Source: an uncultured Clostridia bacterium (GTDB lineage: Bacteria > Bacillota > Clostridia > TANB77 > CAG-508). From it: a DNA stretch of 35,339 bases. How positions within the stretch are numbered: position 1 is the stretch's first letter; each line of letters begins with the position of its first letter. Shown here one piece after another: positions 8,981 to 18,022 of this stretch. The stretch spans positions 1 to 35,339 of the forward strand of contig CALXXK010000003.1 in NCBI GenBank assembly GCA_944392675.1, given 5' to 3'. The translations under genes and the position numbers were made by a program. Under the pieces are notes generated by a model, which saw only the letters and a list, made by a program, of their open reading frames with translations, did no database searches and was not told where the DNA came from.

Positions 8981-9922
8981 TTATAATTCTACTTCTATTT
9001 TTACATAATACTGTACATCATTATTATTTAAATATTTTTCATAATCTGTAACAATACTTGAAAAAGTTAATTTTTTATTTGGCAATCCTTCTGTATAAAT
9101 ACTACTAAATTTAATACTTAAATTTTTACTTTCTTTTGATTTTACACATAAATCTTCATCAGAATATTCATGAATAAATGCTTCAAATTCTGTACTATTC
9201 TCATTTGATATATATGTACTATCCGTATCTTTTCTATCGTCTAACAAAATATCTTTATCTGTATTATTTTCTACAGATATATTATAAATAGAATAATCCA
9301 TAAATATATCTGCCGAATCTACTGTAACTTTAATATTTTCTTGCTCTGCACTATTATTATAATTAACTCTTCCGACATATCCATTTATACCTAACTTATA
9401 AGTATTTTCTTCTTTTATTATACTATAATAATCTTCAATATAAGTTTTATTTGCTATACCAGTTGATAACATATCTTCATAAAATTTTATTCTATAAATA
9501 TAGGCGTTTTTAGTTGTCCAAGATTGAAAAGAATAATCCCATTTTTCATTTTTAAATTTTCCTTTGCAATAATTTTCTTCAAATATTTCTTTAGTTGGAT
9601 ATAATAATCTTTTACAATCTGAAGAAAGTAACTTGTATGCCTCATCTACGTTATTTTCTTTACAATAAGTTAAAAAACTATCTATCAAATTACCAAAATC
9701 AGAACTATATTCTTCTGGAACTTCATCTCCTGAAACTAAAGATATACTTTCATCTTCATATTTTTCAGTTGAAATATCATTTTGAGCTGTATTTTGACTA
9801 TTATCTGTCTGTTTTGCATTATTATTCAACACTTGAATAATAGCTAAAATAAAAATTATTACTGCAATTCCAATCCAGACCTTAAATCTATTTTGATTAT
9901 ATAATCTTATAATTTTATTCAA
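8981..9922 (-). CDS. Membrane-anchored protein, possible NTF2/VirB8-like domain plus C-terminal beta-rich domain
   Basis: TTG start after GGAGG; N-terminal TM; LIDSFLTYCKENNVDEAYKLLSSDC resembles the repeats in 1595-2932. Confidence 0.55.
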   Translation of the reverse strand: MNKIIRLYNQNRFKVWIGIAVIIFILAIIQVLNNNAKQTDNSQNTAQNDISTEKYEDESISLVSGDEVPEEYSSDFGNLIDSFLTYCKENNVDEAYKLLSSDCKRLLYPTKEIFEENYCKGKFKNEKWDYSFQSWTTKNAYIYRIKFYEDMLSTGIANKTYIEDYYSIIKEENTYKLGINGYVGRVNYNNSAEQENIKVTVDSADIFMDYSIYNISVENNTDKDILLDDRKDTDSTYISNENSTEFEAFIHEYSDEDLCVKSKESKNLSIKFSSIYTEGLPNKKLTFSSIVTDYEKYLNNNDVQYYVKIEVEL

Positions 9923-9931
9923 TTTTTCCTC

Positions 9932-12541
9932 CTATACTTTTCTTATCTTTATTATATCATCCATTACTTCATTAACTTTTTTATCACTAATCTTTCCTTT
10001 GTTTCTTTTCATCAAGTTTTCTCTAAATGCTACTTTTGCTTCTTCATTAGTAGCAAAATCCTTTGGTAATTTACTTGCTAATTCAGCCCTAGCTACTTTT
10101 GAACGTTCATCTTTAAGGTTCAATTGTGAAGCCTTATATATAGTATTTATATCCGTAACTCCCGCATCCAAATAAGGTTGAACACTGTTATCTAAGAATT
10201 CTTTTGCTTGCTCAGAATTCATTCCTTTTTTCATTAAGTATTCATAATTTTTTTCGCTACTTTTGAATTCAGCATCAAATTGTGCTTGTTTCTTTTTCTT
10301 TATTTCTTCAGGAGAATGCATTGCATGTTGCGTAATAGTTTTAATATTATTAGCTTCATTTGATATTGTATTTCCCATTCTATTAGCTGCTCTTGAACCA
10401 AGACCTGCGCCCACTCCTGCTCCTGTTGCTAAACCACCTGCAAATACTGCTGCTCCTTTTTCTAGATCTCCTGTTGTTAATGCTGCTGCTCCAGCTACAG
10501 TTCCTGTTACTGCTGCTCCTACAGCTGCTCCACCTAATGATACTGCTGCCTTAGGTACTTTTTTAGCTACTTTCCAAACTTTTTGACCTACATTCTCTGG
10601 ACTCATAGCTCTACCAATTCTTCTTTTATAATGGCTTCCTACCTCTCTAACTGCATTCATAACTTTAGAAGGTCTTCTTTCCCTACTTTTACCTTCATTT
10701 TCTTCTATGCTTTCTTCTGAAATTTCTTCTGTATTATTTCTATTCTCTAAACTTTTCCTAAATTTATCAGAAGCTACTTTTACTGTATTTTGCTGTTGTT
10801 CATTATTACTTAAATTACTCTGATCATTTGGGTTGTTTAAATTGTTTGGATTATTTAAACCATCTATATTATTATCATTATATTCTCTAGTATTTGGCTC
10901 TATTGAACTTGTATCCTCTCCTTCATTTGAATTCCCCTCTGTATCTTCTCCATTAGATGTTGGAAGAGCTCCTCTTTCTTGATTTTCTTCTTCTCCTAAA
11001 ACATCTTCTGCACTTGTATGTCCTTCATTTGCTCCTCTATTATACCTATCAATTGCTTTTGTTGTACCTCTATCACCTGAGTCATCATTTCCGTCTTTGC
11101 TTCCTCCTTTTGCTTTTCCCTTAAATAATCCAGCTACTGCTCCAACTCCCTTCATCGCTAGAGCTCCTCCAGCTACTGCTCCTAAACCTGCTGCTGTTTC
11201 TGATTTATCTAGACCAAACATCTTCTTAATAAATTTCTCTGCTGGTAATAGGAAACCAATTGCAACTAATGCATAAATAGGATTATCAGCTGCCAATCCA
11301 ATTGCTGATGTCACTAATACTGTATATAACACTAAATGAATTGGTTGTATAATAAGGTTCATAGTATATTCTTTAAACCATAAATTAAATGCCTGTGCTT
11401 TTCCATCTCCTGCTTTATCTACAGGGTATGTTAAAGCCGATAATGGTGCTATCATTGTAAAAAATGCCATATACATTAACCTTTTAAAATATGTAAAGGT
11501 AAACATTACAGTATATATAACTAATGCTAAATAAATTATTGTATATGCTGCCGCATCTTGAAATTCACTACTTTGAGCCATAAATCTTACATATCCTGTC
11601 AAATTAGTTCTAAATGCTCCATTATTTCCTTCACCTATTTCTAATGATTTTGCACCGTTTTCTTTACCATTGTCCGTAACTAAAACTACAATGTCATTTC
11701 CATCTCCACCTGCAAATAAATTAGTCACTCTTTCTGTTAACATCAATAAACCTGCCATTATAAAATGTATTGCAAAAACTAAAACCATGGCAACTAACCA
11801 ATCCTTCATTGTTTCTTTGTATTTTGCTTTATTTTCTGCAGTTGAACTTAATAAAATTCTTATTCCTAAGAAAATCAAAACTGACAATAAACCAACAATA
11901 GCAATATTTCTAAAAGATTTATACCAAGCAGCTATAGTTGGTCCTAATGTAAAGGCTGTAGATACTGCCGCATCTTCACTACTTTCAACACTACTTCCAA
12001 CACTATTTCCATCACTATTTCCATCACTATTAGTAGTTGTAGCATTAAATTCTACTGAAGTATATGTATGTGGATTTATGAAGTTTACATCTAAAGCTGC
12101 TATTCTATTAGAAAATATACTTTCTGGTGAATACATTATATTAGGAATTCTCCAATCGGAAAATAGCAATCCATCCATTTCTCCACCATTTACTACCATT
12201 AAAGTTCCTTTACTTTTTGCCTCACTTACATCACTATTAGTAGCATATAGAGAAGATCTTGTTTCTTCTGAGTTATTTGCTCCATTCTCTTTAAAATTTG
12301 CATTAGTTGTAGGCAGCATTGTTGAACTTATACTCGATACACCAACCATCATTTTATTCAATGCTCCCATAAATACATCCCCTAAAGCTGCTAGCAAATG
12401 TACAAATTCTTTTAATAAATCTCCTCCTATATCCCATCCATCTGCTTGAACTCTCACAGGAACAATAAAGTTAAAAAGTATTACTACTACTATTGCTATT
12501 ATTATCTTTTGCGTAAAACCTTTACTCTTAAAAAAATTCAT
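9932..12541 (-). CDS. VirB6/TrbL-like polytopic membrane protein with long C-terminal extension
   Basis: Signal peptide, several TM helices, YFKRLMYMAFFTMIAPLSALTYPVD..FNLWFKEY..IIQPIH motif typical of Gram-positive VirB6-like proteins; follows VirB4. Confidence 0.75.
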   Translation of the reverse strand: MNFFKSKGFTQKIIIAIVVVILFNFIVPVRVQADGWDIGGDLLKEFVHLLAALGDVFMGALNKMMVGVSSISSTMLPTTNANFKENGANNSEETRSSLYATNSDVSEAKSKGTLMVVNGGEMDGLLFSDWRIPNIMYSPESIFSNRIAALDVNFINPHTYTSVEFNATTTNSDGNSDGNSVGSSVESSEDAAVSTAFTLGPTIAAWYKSFRNIAIVGLLSVLIFLGIRILLSSTAENKAKYKETMKDWLVAMVLVFAIHFIMAGLLMLTERVTNLFAGGDGNDIVVLVTDNGKENGAKSLEIGEGNNGAFRTNLTGYVRFMAQSSEFQDAAAYTIIYLALVIYTVMFTFTYFKRLMYMAFFTMIAPLSALTYPVDKAGDGKAQAFNLWFKEYTMNLIIQPIHLVLYTVLVTSAIGLAADNPIYALVAIGFLLPAEKFIKKMFGLDKSETAAGLGAVAGGALAMKGVGAVAGLFKGKAKGGSKDGNDDSGDRGTTKAIDRYNRGANEGHTSAEDVLGEEENQERGALPTSNGEDTEGNSNEGEDTSSIEPNTREYNDNNIDGLNNPNNLNNPNDQSNLSNNEQQQNTVKVASDKFRKSLENRNNTEEISEESIEENEGKSRERRPSKVMNAVREVGSHYKRRIGRAMSPENVGQKVWKVAKKVPKAAVSLGGAAVGAAVTGTVAGAAALTTGDLEKGAAVFAGGLATGAGVGAGLGSRAANRMGNTISNEANNIKTITQHAMHSPEEIKKKKQAQFDAEFKSSEKNYEYLMKKGMNSEQAKEFLDNSVQPYLDAGVTDINTIYKASQLNLKDERSKVARAELASKLPKDFATNEEAKVAFRENLMKRNKGKISDKKVNEVMDDIIKIRKV

Positions 12542-12553
12542 TTTTCTCCTCCT

Positions 12554-14527
12554 CTATTTTCCTGCTCTTATTTCTCTCATCTTTCGCATTTTAACTAATT
12601 TATTAATATTTGTTTCTACAAATTCAAATTCTTTTGCTGTAGGTACAATTTGTAAAATTGCTGTATCTGAACCAACTTTTAATAATCCCTCACCTTTTAA
12701 GCAAGTTATTAAGAAATTTGCTTCTCCTTCACTTAATTTAAAAACAGTTTTTAAATATTCTATTTCAGATTTATCTTGTGCTAAAAATAATTTTGTATCA
12801 GATGATGTTAAAACTGCTTGTGCTTCTGGTTTTTCATAAAAGTCTTGAAATCTTTGAGAAATAATAGCCAAAGAAACATTTCTCTTTCTAGCACGTCTAG
12901 CCATTTTATTTAAAAAGTCTACTGCTTCTGGATATGGCAAAAGCATCCATGCTTCATCAACTAACACTCTTTTTTGTTTTGCTTTATTTCTATCTTCACT
13001 ATTCTTTTTTACATATTTTTCCCAAATCCATGAAAGCAAAATTTGTTGTGCCAATGGTCTAGCAAATCTTTCTTCTAATTGTGATATATCCAAATTAATA
13101 AATGGTGAATCTTCTAATAATTCAAATGTTGATTGACCATCAAAATATGCCATCTGTCCATTAAATTCTCTTATATATTGTTTCATTACTTTTAATAAAT
13201 AACTATAATGAAATTGATAATCCACATTATTATTATCTTGTGCCTTCTTTTGTAATCTTTTATACCAACTTCCTATTGTTGGCATATCCTTCTTTTGTTT
13301 ATATAATTTATCACCTTTTTGTAATTCGTCACCTTTTCTATATAAACTATTAGGATTATTAGTAATTCCCAAACTTGCATATTCCTCTGCAACTGTTTCT
13401 GCTATAACTTGCTTTGTTAATTCATTTACTTCGTCGCTCCTTGTACTACCTCTTGCCATTGTTAATAATGCTTGCGTAACATCCTCAACCTTATTTTCTA
13501 TATTTAAACTTACTCTCTCTCTTCCTGTTATAGGATCTTTAACTACTTCTGGTTCAACATCAAATAAATTAATTACAGTATTAGAATTTGGGCTTAATAC
13601 TACATTAATTCCTCCCAAACTTTCTGCCACAATTGAATACTCACCTTCTGCATCTAGAGCTAAACTTTCTATTCCCATTAATACAGATGATCTTGAAATT
13701 AAGGTTTTCATAGTTACGGATTTACCAGCTCCAGATTTAGCAAATATTACCATGTTATAATTAGTTAAAGATGAATGAAAATTATCAAATAATATAGGTG
13801 TTCCTGTTTGTTTATTAAATCCTAACGGTACTCCAGTAGGATGTCCTATTTCAGATGTTGTAAAAGGAAATACTGTTCCCATAGATCTTCTATCAAATGA
13901 ATGTATTTTCCTTATTTGGTCATTCATTAATGGTAAATTTGATTTAAAAGCTTCTTCTTGGATGGCCCAAGCATTTTTAATTTCCACTAATGATTTTGAC
14001 ATTTCAGTTGCTAATAATTTTGTTAACCTATCTAAATCTTGCATATTATATGCAAATAAAGTAGCTATCACAGATGCTTCATACATTTTATTAAAACCGG
14101 CTGCAATTTCATCTCTTAATTGCTCAGCTTCAAATCTCTTTTGAGCTAATGTACTTTCTCTATTTATATTTCCTCTATCAGATGCTACTATTCTCTCAGT
14201 TTCCAATTCATTAATAACTTTATTTAATTCATTCTGAGACCTAGATTCAGCTATAGGAGTTATGTATATAGAAGTATTAATATCACCAAAAAAGTATAAA
14301 TCTCTAAACAATTCTGGAAAAGTACACATACGTGGTAATCCAGATATAAAGAAACTTCTTGCATATCTAGTAACACTTGATATTATCTCTAAATGATCTA
14401 CTTTTGAAGCATCAATACCTGATGGAGCAATCAATTCTTTGATAGTTTTTGCTCTTAATGCTCCTGTCTCTACTTGTTCATTATAACTAGCTTTTTCTAC
14501 TTTTTGTTTCTTTTTTCTTCCCAACAT
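12554..14527 (-). CDS. virB4: VirB4-like type IV secretion ATPase
   Basis: NYNMVIFAKSGAGKS (Walker A), LDAEGEY, VLVDEAW (Walker B), RRARKR, ISQ and GEGLL motifs. Confidence 0.9.
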   Translation of the reverse strand: MLGRKKKQKVEKASYNEQVETGALRAKTIKELIAPSGIDASKVDHLEIISSVTRYARSFFISGLPRMCTFPELFRDLYFFGDINTSIYITPIAESRSQNELNKVINELETERIVASDRGNINRESTLAQKRFEAEQLRDEIAAGFNKMYEASVIATLFAYNMQDLDRLTKLLATEMSKSLVEIKNAWAIQEEAFKSNLPLMNDQIRKIHSFDRRSMGTVFPFTTSEIGHPTGVPLGFNKQTGTPILFDNFHSSLTNYNMVIFAKSGAGKSVTMKTLISRSSVLMGIESLALDAEGEYSIVAESLGGINVVLSPNSNTVINLFDVEPEVVKDPITGRERVSLNIENKVEDVTQALLTMARGSTRSDEVNELTKQVIAETVAEEYASLGITNNPNSLYRKGDELQKGDKLYKQKKDMPTIGSWYKRLQKKAQDNNNVDYQFHYSYLLKVMKQYIREFNGQMAYFDGQSTFELLEDSPFINLDISQLEERFARPLAQQILLSWIWEKYVKKNSEDRNKAKQKRVLVDEAWMLLPYPEAVDFLNKMARRARKRNVSLAIISQRFQDFYEKPEAQAVLTSSDTKLFLAQDKSEIEYLKTVFKLSEGEANFLITCLKGEGLLKVGSDTAILQIVPTAKEFEFVETNINKLVKMRKMREIRAGK

Positions 14528-15698
14528 TTTTCTTTACTCCTTTCTCTTTTGATTTTTCTATTTCCTTAATCGCTTCATCCGCAATGTCTTCACCTACATA
14601 ATCTTTATTTTCTTCTATAATAAGCTGCGCCATTTTATCAATTAATTCATCCATATTTCTTTCTTTTTCTTCTGCTTGTTGTTGAAAAGCTGATTTTACT
14701 TTATCAATAGCTTCATTTGCTGTATCTATAGCTCTATTAGTTATCTCCTCATCTAAGATTTTTATTCTCTTTTCAAATACATCAGGTGCAGTAGAATACA
14801 ATTCATCATATCCTGCTTTTAATGCTTTGTTTAATCCAAATATTTCAGATTCATCTCTATTGTATGCAACATATAATAATTCAGCCAATTCCTCTGAATT
14901 TAATATTTTCCCTAATACAGAACAAGAAGAAATAGTTCTAATTACAGATTGTGCTTTTGTATATAATTCAGAAAAAGCAATATTTTTTATTTCCTCACTA
15001 TCATATTTTTCTCCATTAGATTCTTCTGAAAAATATGGTATTATAATATAAAATTTCTTATTTAATATATTTCTATTTAAACTCATTTTTTCTGTAGAAT
15101 TTACTAAATCTTTTCCATATTCTAATAAGTTCTTTTGTTTAGTTAATTCAAAATAATATTTATCCAATTGCTCTTTTGAATATTGTTGCGATTCTACCAT
15201 ACGATTATATTTATATAACATGTCTTTATATCTTTTTTCTATTTCATTAACTTTACTTTTATATGTTAAAATACTTCTTTCTAAGTTAATAGTTCTTGTT
15301 TGTATATAAATTTGAATTGGATGTTTCAATGTATTTAAAAATTGTTGAAATCCTTCTTCAACACCAACTTTTTCTACTTTAGACATTAAATCATAATTTA
15401 CCCCTTGGCATTCTATTACCATTAAAAATCTTTTTCCATTTCTTTGTATTATCATATTATTTTCTATTTTATCAAAATCCATAAAATCAAGAATCGATTG
15501 CCTACTATATTCACTAGAAATAGAATCCGTTTTAATATTGTCTTTTTTAGTTTTTTTAACTGCCATATCATTTTTTGTTTTATTTTGTGCCTTTTCTCTT
15601 AATTTTAATGTAACTAATATAACAACTAAAATAATAAGAATAAATATCATTATTGAAAGTACTATTGCTAAAATATTTGAAATCATATTATCACTCAT
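14487..15698 (-). CDS. Membrane-anchored T4SS-associated protein (VirB4 partner)
   Basis: N-terminal TM; FDKIENNMI..GVNYDLMS..FLNTLKHPIQIYIQTR..KFYIIIPY..ELAELLYVAYN resembles proteins found between prgI and virB4; overlaps the virB4 start. Confidence 0.6.
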   Translation of the reverse strand: MSDNMISNILAIVLSIMIFILIILVVILVTLKLREKAQNKTKNDMAVKKTKKDNIKTDSISSEYSRQSILDFMDFDKIENNMIIQRNGKRFLMVIECQGVNYDLMSKVEKVGVEEGFQQFLNTLKHPIQIYIQTRTINLERSILTYKSKVNEIEKRYKDMLYKYNRMVESQQYSKEQLDKYYFELTKQKNLLEYGKDLVNSTEKMSLNRNILNKKFYIIIPYFSEESNGEKYDSEEIKNIAFSELYTKAQSVIRTISSCSVLGKILNSEELAELLYVAYNRDESEIFGLNKALKAGYDELYSTAPDVFEKRIKILDEEITNRAIDTANEAIDKVKSAFQQQAEEKERNMDELIDKMAQLIIEENKDYVGEDIADEAIKEIEKSKEKGVKKNVGKKKETKSRKS

Positions 15699-15700
15699 CT

Positions 15701-16066
15701 TTAGTTTTCCTCCTTTTTATCTGATTTATCGAAATTATTTATTTTATTCACATATATTCTTTTCTTCTTCAATTTGAATTTTATAGCTCTCCTTATAACA
15801 TCATCTATATCTTCTCCTCCGGTATTCTTGGTAAATTCAAATGAATTAGTTCGTGGTATTTTAAACGTACCTATTATAAAACCTATTAAACCTAATACTG
15901 CAACAATTATTATACCAACAATATCCATTTCTAATAAACTAAATATTAAATAAAAAATTAATCCTATTCCAGCACCAATAGCTGTATATACCATTGCCTT
16001 TTTTGAAAATATAAATAATATTTTTCCTTCACCTTTTACATTTCTAGGTAAATCATATGTTCCCAT
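15701..16066 (-). CDS. PrgI-family (VirB3-like) membrane protein
   Basis: MGTYDLPRNVKGEGKILFIFS followed by two TM helices; ATG at 16066 follows GGAGG (track start 16090). Confidence 0.75.
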   Translation of the reverse strand: MGTYDLPRNVKGEGKILFIFSKKAMVYTAIGAGIGLIFYLIFSLLEMDIVGIIIVAVLGLIGFIIGTFKIPRTNSFEFTKNTGGEDIDDVIRRAIKFKLKKKRIYVNKINNFDKSDKKEEN

Positions 16067-16108
16067 TAAAACCCTCCTACTTTTTCTCATAAATATACTA
16101 TTATATTA

Positions 16109-16148
16109 ATTATATCAAAAAAACGCAAAAATTGTAATATTTTTGCGT
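16109..16148 (-). promoter_or_regulatory. Extended -10 promoter for the prgI-virB4 operon with overlapping palindrome
   Basis: Minus strand TGaTATAAT (16117-16109); inverted repeat ACGCAAAAAT-N6-ATTTTTGCGT at 16123-16148. Confidence 0.55.
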
Positions 16149-16208
16149 AAAAAATACAAATTTATTCATTTTTAATATACTTGTAATAACACCGTAATAT
16201 TAATGAAA

Positions 16209-16244
16209 TAAAAAAAGAAATATAAATTATCTTTATATTTCTTT
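16209..16244 (-). terminator. Intrinsic terminator after the third pilin
   Basis: AAAGAAATATAAA-ttatc-TTTATATTTCTTT hairpin (16214-16244) with U-rich tail on the minus strand. Confidence 0.65.
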
Positions 16245-16252
16245 CTCAAAAA

Positions 16253-16615
16253 CTAGCTTCCGCTTATTCCCGTAAAGAATTGGTATATTACTTGTGCAAA
16301 TACAGATGCTGCAAATATTAAAGCTGCACCAACTATATATGGTATCATACTTTTCTTATATTCTGACTTTTCTTCTGCACTACCCATCATATATTTTATA
16401 CCTATAATAATTAATATAACAACTGATAATACAATTCCTGCAGTTTGTAGTATACCAACTAAGCTTTGTCCTAAACTTGTTATTTCAGCTGTTCCTGTAA
16501 CATCTCCTGATGATGTAACTTCTGATGGTTCAAGAGCAAAAACATTTAAACTTATTGATATAAAAACTGTCATAATTAATAAAATATTAATTATATTTAA
16601 TACCTTCTTGCTCAT
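16253..16615 (-). CDS. TrbC/VirB2-like pilin
   Basis: Signal peptide ending VFA; two hydrophobic helices around GIKYMMGSAEEKSEYKK. Confidence 0.85.
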   Translation of the reverse strand: MSKKVLNIINILLIMTVFISISLNVFALEPSEVTSSGDVTGTAEITSLGQSLVGILQTAGIVLSVVILIIIGIKYMMGSAEEKSEYKKSMIPYIVGAALIFAASVFAQVIYQFFTGISGS

Positions 16616-16677
16616 TACATCTCCTCCTTTTCTTATTAAAATATTAATAATATAATTAAAAACACTATTATAAGTAA

Positions 16678-16706
16678 ATTATAACATTATTTTTTTTTTT
16701 TTTCAA
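16678..16706 (-). promoter_or_regulatory. SigA-type promoter of the 120-aa pilin
   Basis: TTGAAA (16706-16701), 17-bp spacer, TGtTATAAT (-10 at 16683-16678); 14-nt homopolymer at 16690-16703. Confidence 0.75.
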
Positions 16707-16770
16707 CTAATAACTACAAAATATAAGAAAATATTTTATAATTCTTTTAATTTATTTAATATTTTCATAT

Positions 16771-17223
16771 TTAATCATTAAAATTTTGCATAAATTGATA
16801 TATCAAATTTGGAATAGTAGTTCCCGTAAATAGAAAAAATGCTCCTATTATATATGGATACATTGTTTTCTTATAATCAGCCTTTTCCTCTACACTACCC
16901 ATCATATACTTTAGACCAATAAAAGCCAAAATAACAACAGAAGCCACAATTCCTACTACGTTAACTATTTGTAATACTTTACCTGCAATATCCATTAATC
17001 TTTCTGCATCATTTGTATTAGGATCTTTCTTATAATTATCTAAATCCCCTAAATCAAATTGGTTTCCACCACTACTTCTAGCAATTGCAATAGATTCACT
17101 ATTGAATCCTTCAAGTGTTTCATTCGACGCATGTGAACACAATATATTAATATTAAAATATATAAACAAAATCATCAATACTATTAATACTTTTTTTACT
17201 ATATTCAAATTTCTCACCTTCAA
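16771..17223 (-). CDS. TrbC/VirB2-like pilin
   Basis: Signal peptide; GLKYMMGSVEEKADYKKTMYPYIIGA motif; real start may be TTG at 17208 after AAGGTGA. Confidence 0.85.
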   Translation of the reverse strand: MKVRNLNIVKKVLIVLMILFIYFNINILCSHASNETLEGFNSESIAIARSSGGNQFDLGDLDNYKKDPNTNDAERLMDIAGKVLQIVNVVGIVASVVILAFIGLKYMMGSVEEKADYKKTMYPYIIGAFFLFTGTTIPNLIYQFMQNFND

Positions 17224-17268
17224 TCTGTATTATATAATCTTTTCTTTTACTTTATATCTATTTTATTT

Positions 17269-17955
17269 TTAAATTGAATTTAATATTGTCACAACTAATT
17301 TCCATATTCCAAATGCTCCAAATACAATAACACATCCTACTATATAAGGCATTATAAATTCTTTTATTTCTGCTTTTTCTTCAACACTTGAGGTTAACAT
17401 TTTTAATCCTAAAACACTTCCCATAACAACTGCCACTACAATTGCTATTGTCAATAATATACTGTACATAGTCTCTGATAAATCTTGTATCTTATCCTGA
17501 TCTATAGTATATATTTCTAAAGTATCTTCATTATTTATGTATTCATCTGCACTATCAAAAATTTCATCAATTGTCCCTACACTTGTTCTATTTGCATCAT
17601 CTAATTGGGGTTGTCTATATAATTTATAGTTTTCATTACGCCCTTCCTTTATATCCATCAACTTACTCTTTAATTCATCAATCATCTCATCATCAACCCC
17701 TTCAGGTGGAGATTGTGTGCCACGAACACTCGATATTACGTCAAGCCATTCCGTTGCCGTTTCTGCATTTTTACAGTTATCTTCTATATATTTATCGCCT
17801 TCATCTCTAAATCCTTTTAATATTTCACTATATTTCTGAATCTTCTGAGCATTGTTAAGTGCTGCAAAACATTTTACTTGCATGATACTACACATAAAAA
17901 ATACAAAACATAGAAATAATATAACAACTCTAAATAATTTATTATTCCTAATCAT
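17269..17955 (-). CDS. TrbC/VirB2-like pilin with extended N-terminal domain
   Basis: Signal peptide, ~130-aa soluble region, then GLKMLTSSVEEKAEIKEFIMPYIVGCVIVFGAFGIWKLV. Confidence 0.8.
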   Translation of the reverse strand: MIRNNKLFRVVILFLCFVFFMCSIMQVKCFAALNNAQKIQKYSEILKGFRDEGDKYIEDNCKNAETATEWLDVISSVRGTQSPPEGVDDEMIDELKSKLMDIKEGRNENYKLYRQPQLDDANRTSVGTIDEIFDSADEYINNEDTLEIYTIDQDKIQDLSETMYSILLTIAIVVAVVMGSVLGLKMLTSSVEEKAEIKEFIMPYIVGCVIVFGAFGIWKLVVTILNSI

Positions 17956-17993
17956 ATTTTTCCCCCCTTTTACTAAAAATTCTATTTTATTTA

Positions 17994-18022
17994 ATTATAT
18001 AACATTTTCTTATTTTTTTCAA
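17994..18022 (-). promoter_or_regulatory. SigA-type promoter of the first pilin
   Basis: TTGAAA (18022-18017), 17-bp spacer, TATAAT (17999-17994). Confidence 0.7.

Noticed and set aside
12001-12030. 12-bp coding tandem repeat (NSDG-NSDG-NSVG)
   Set aside because: Short in-frame linker expansion with no frame-switching potential
11670-12449. 259-aa plus-strand ORF (also 10263-10586)
   Set aside because: Antisense shadows of the VirB6-like gene with no recognisable motifs
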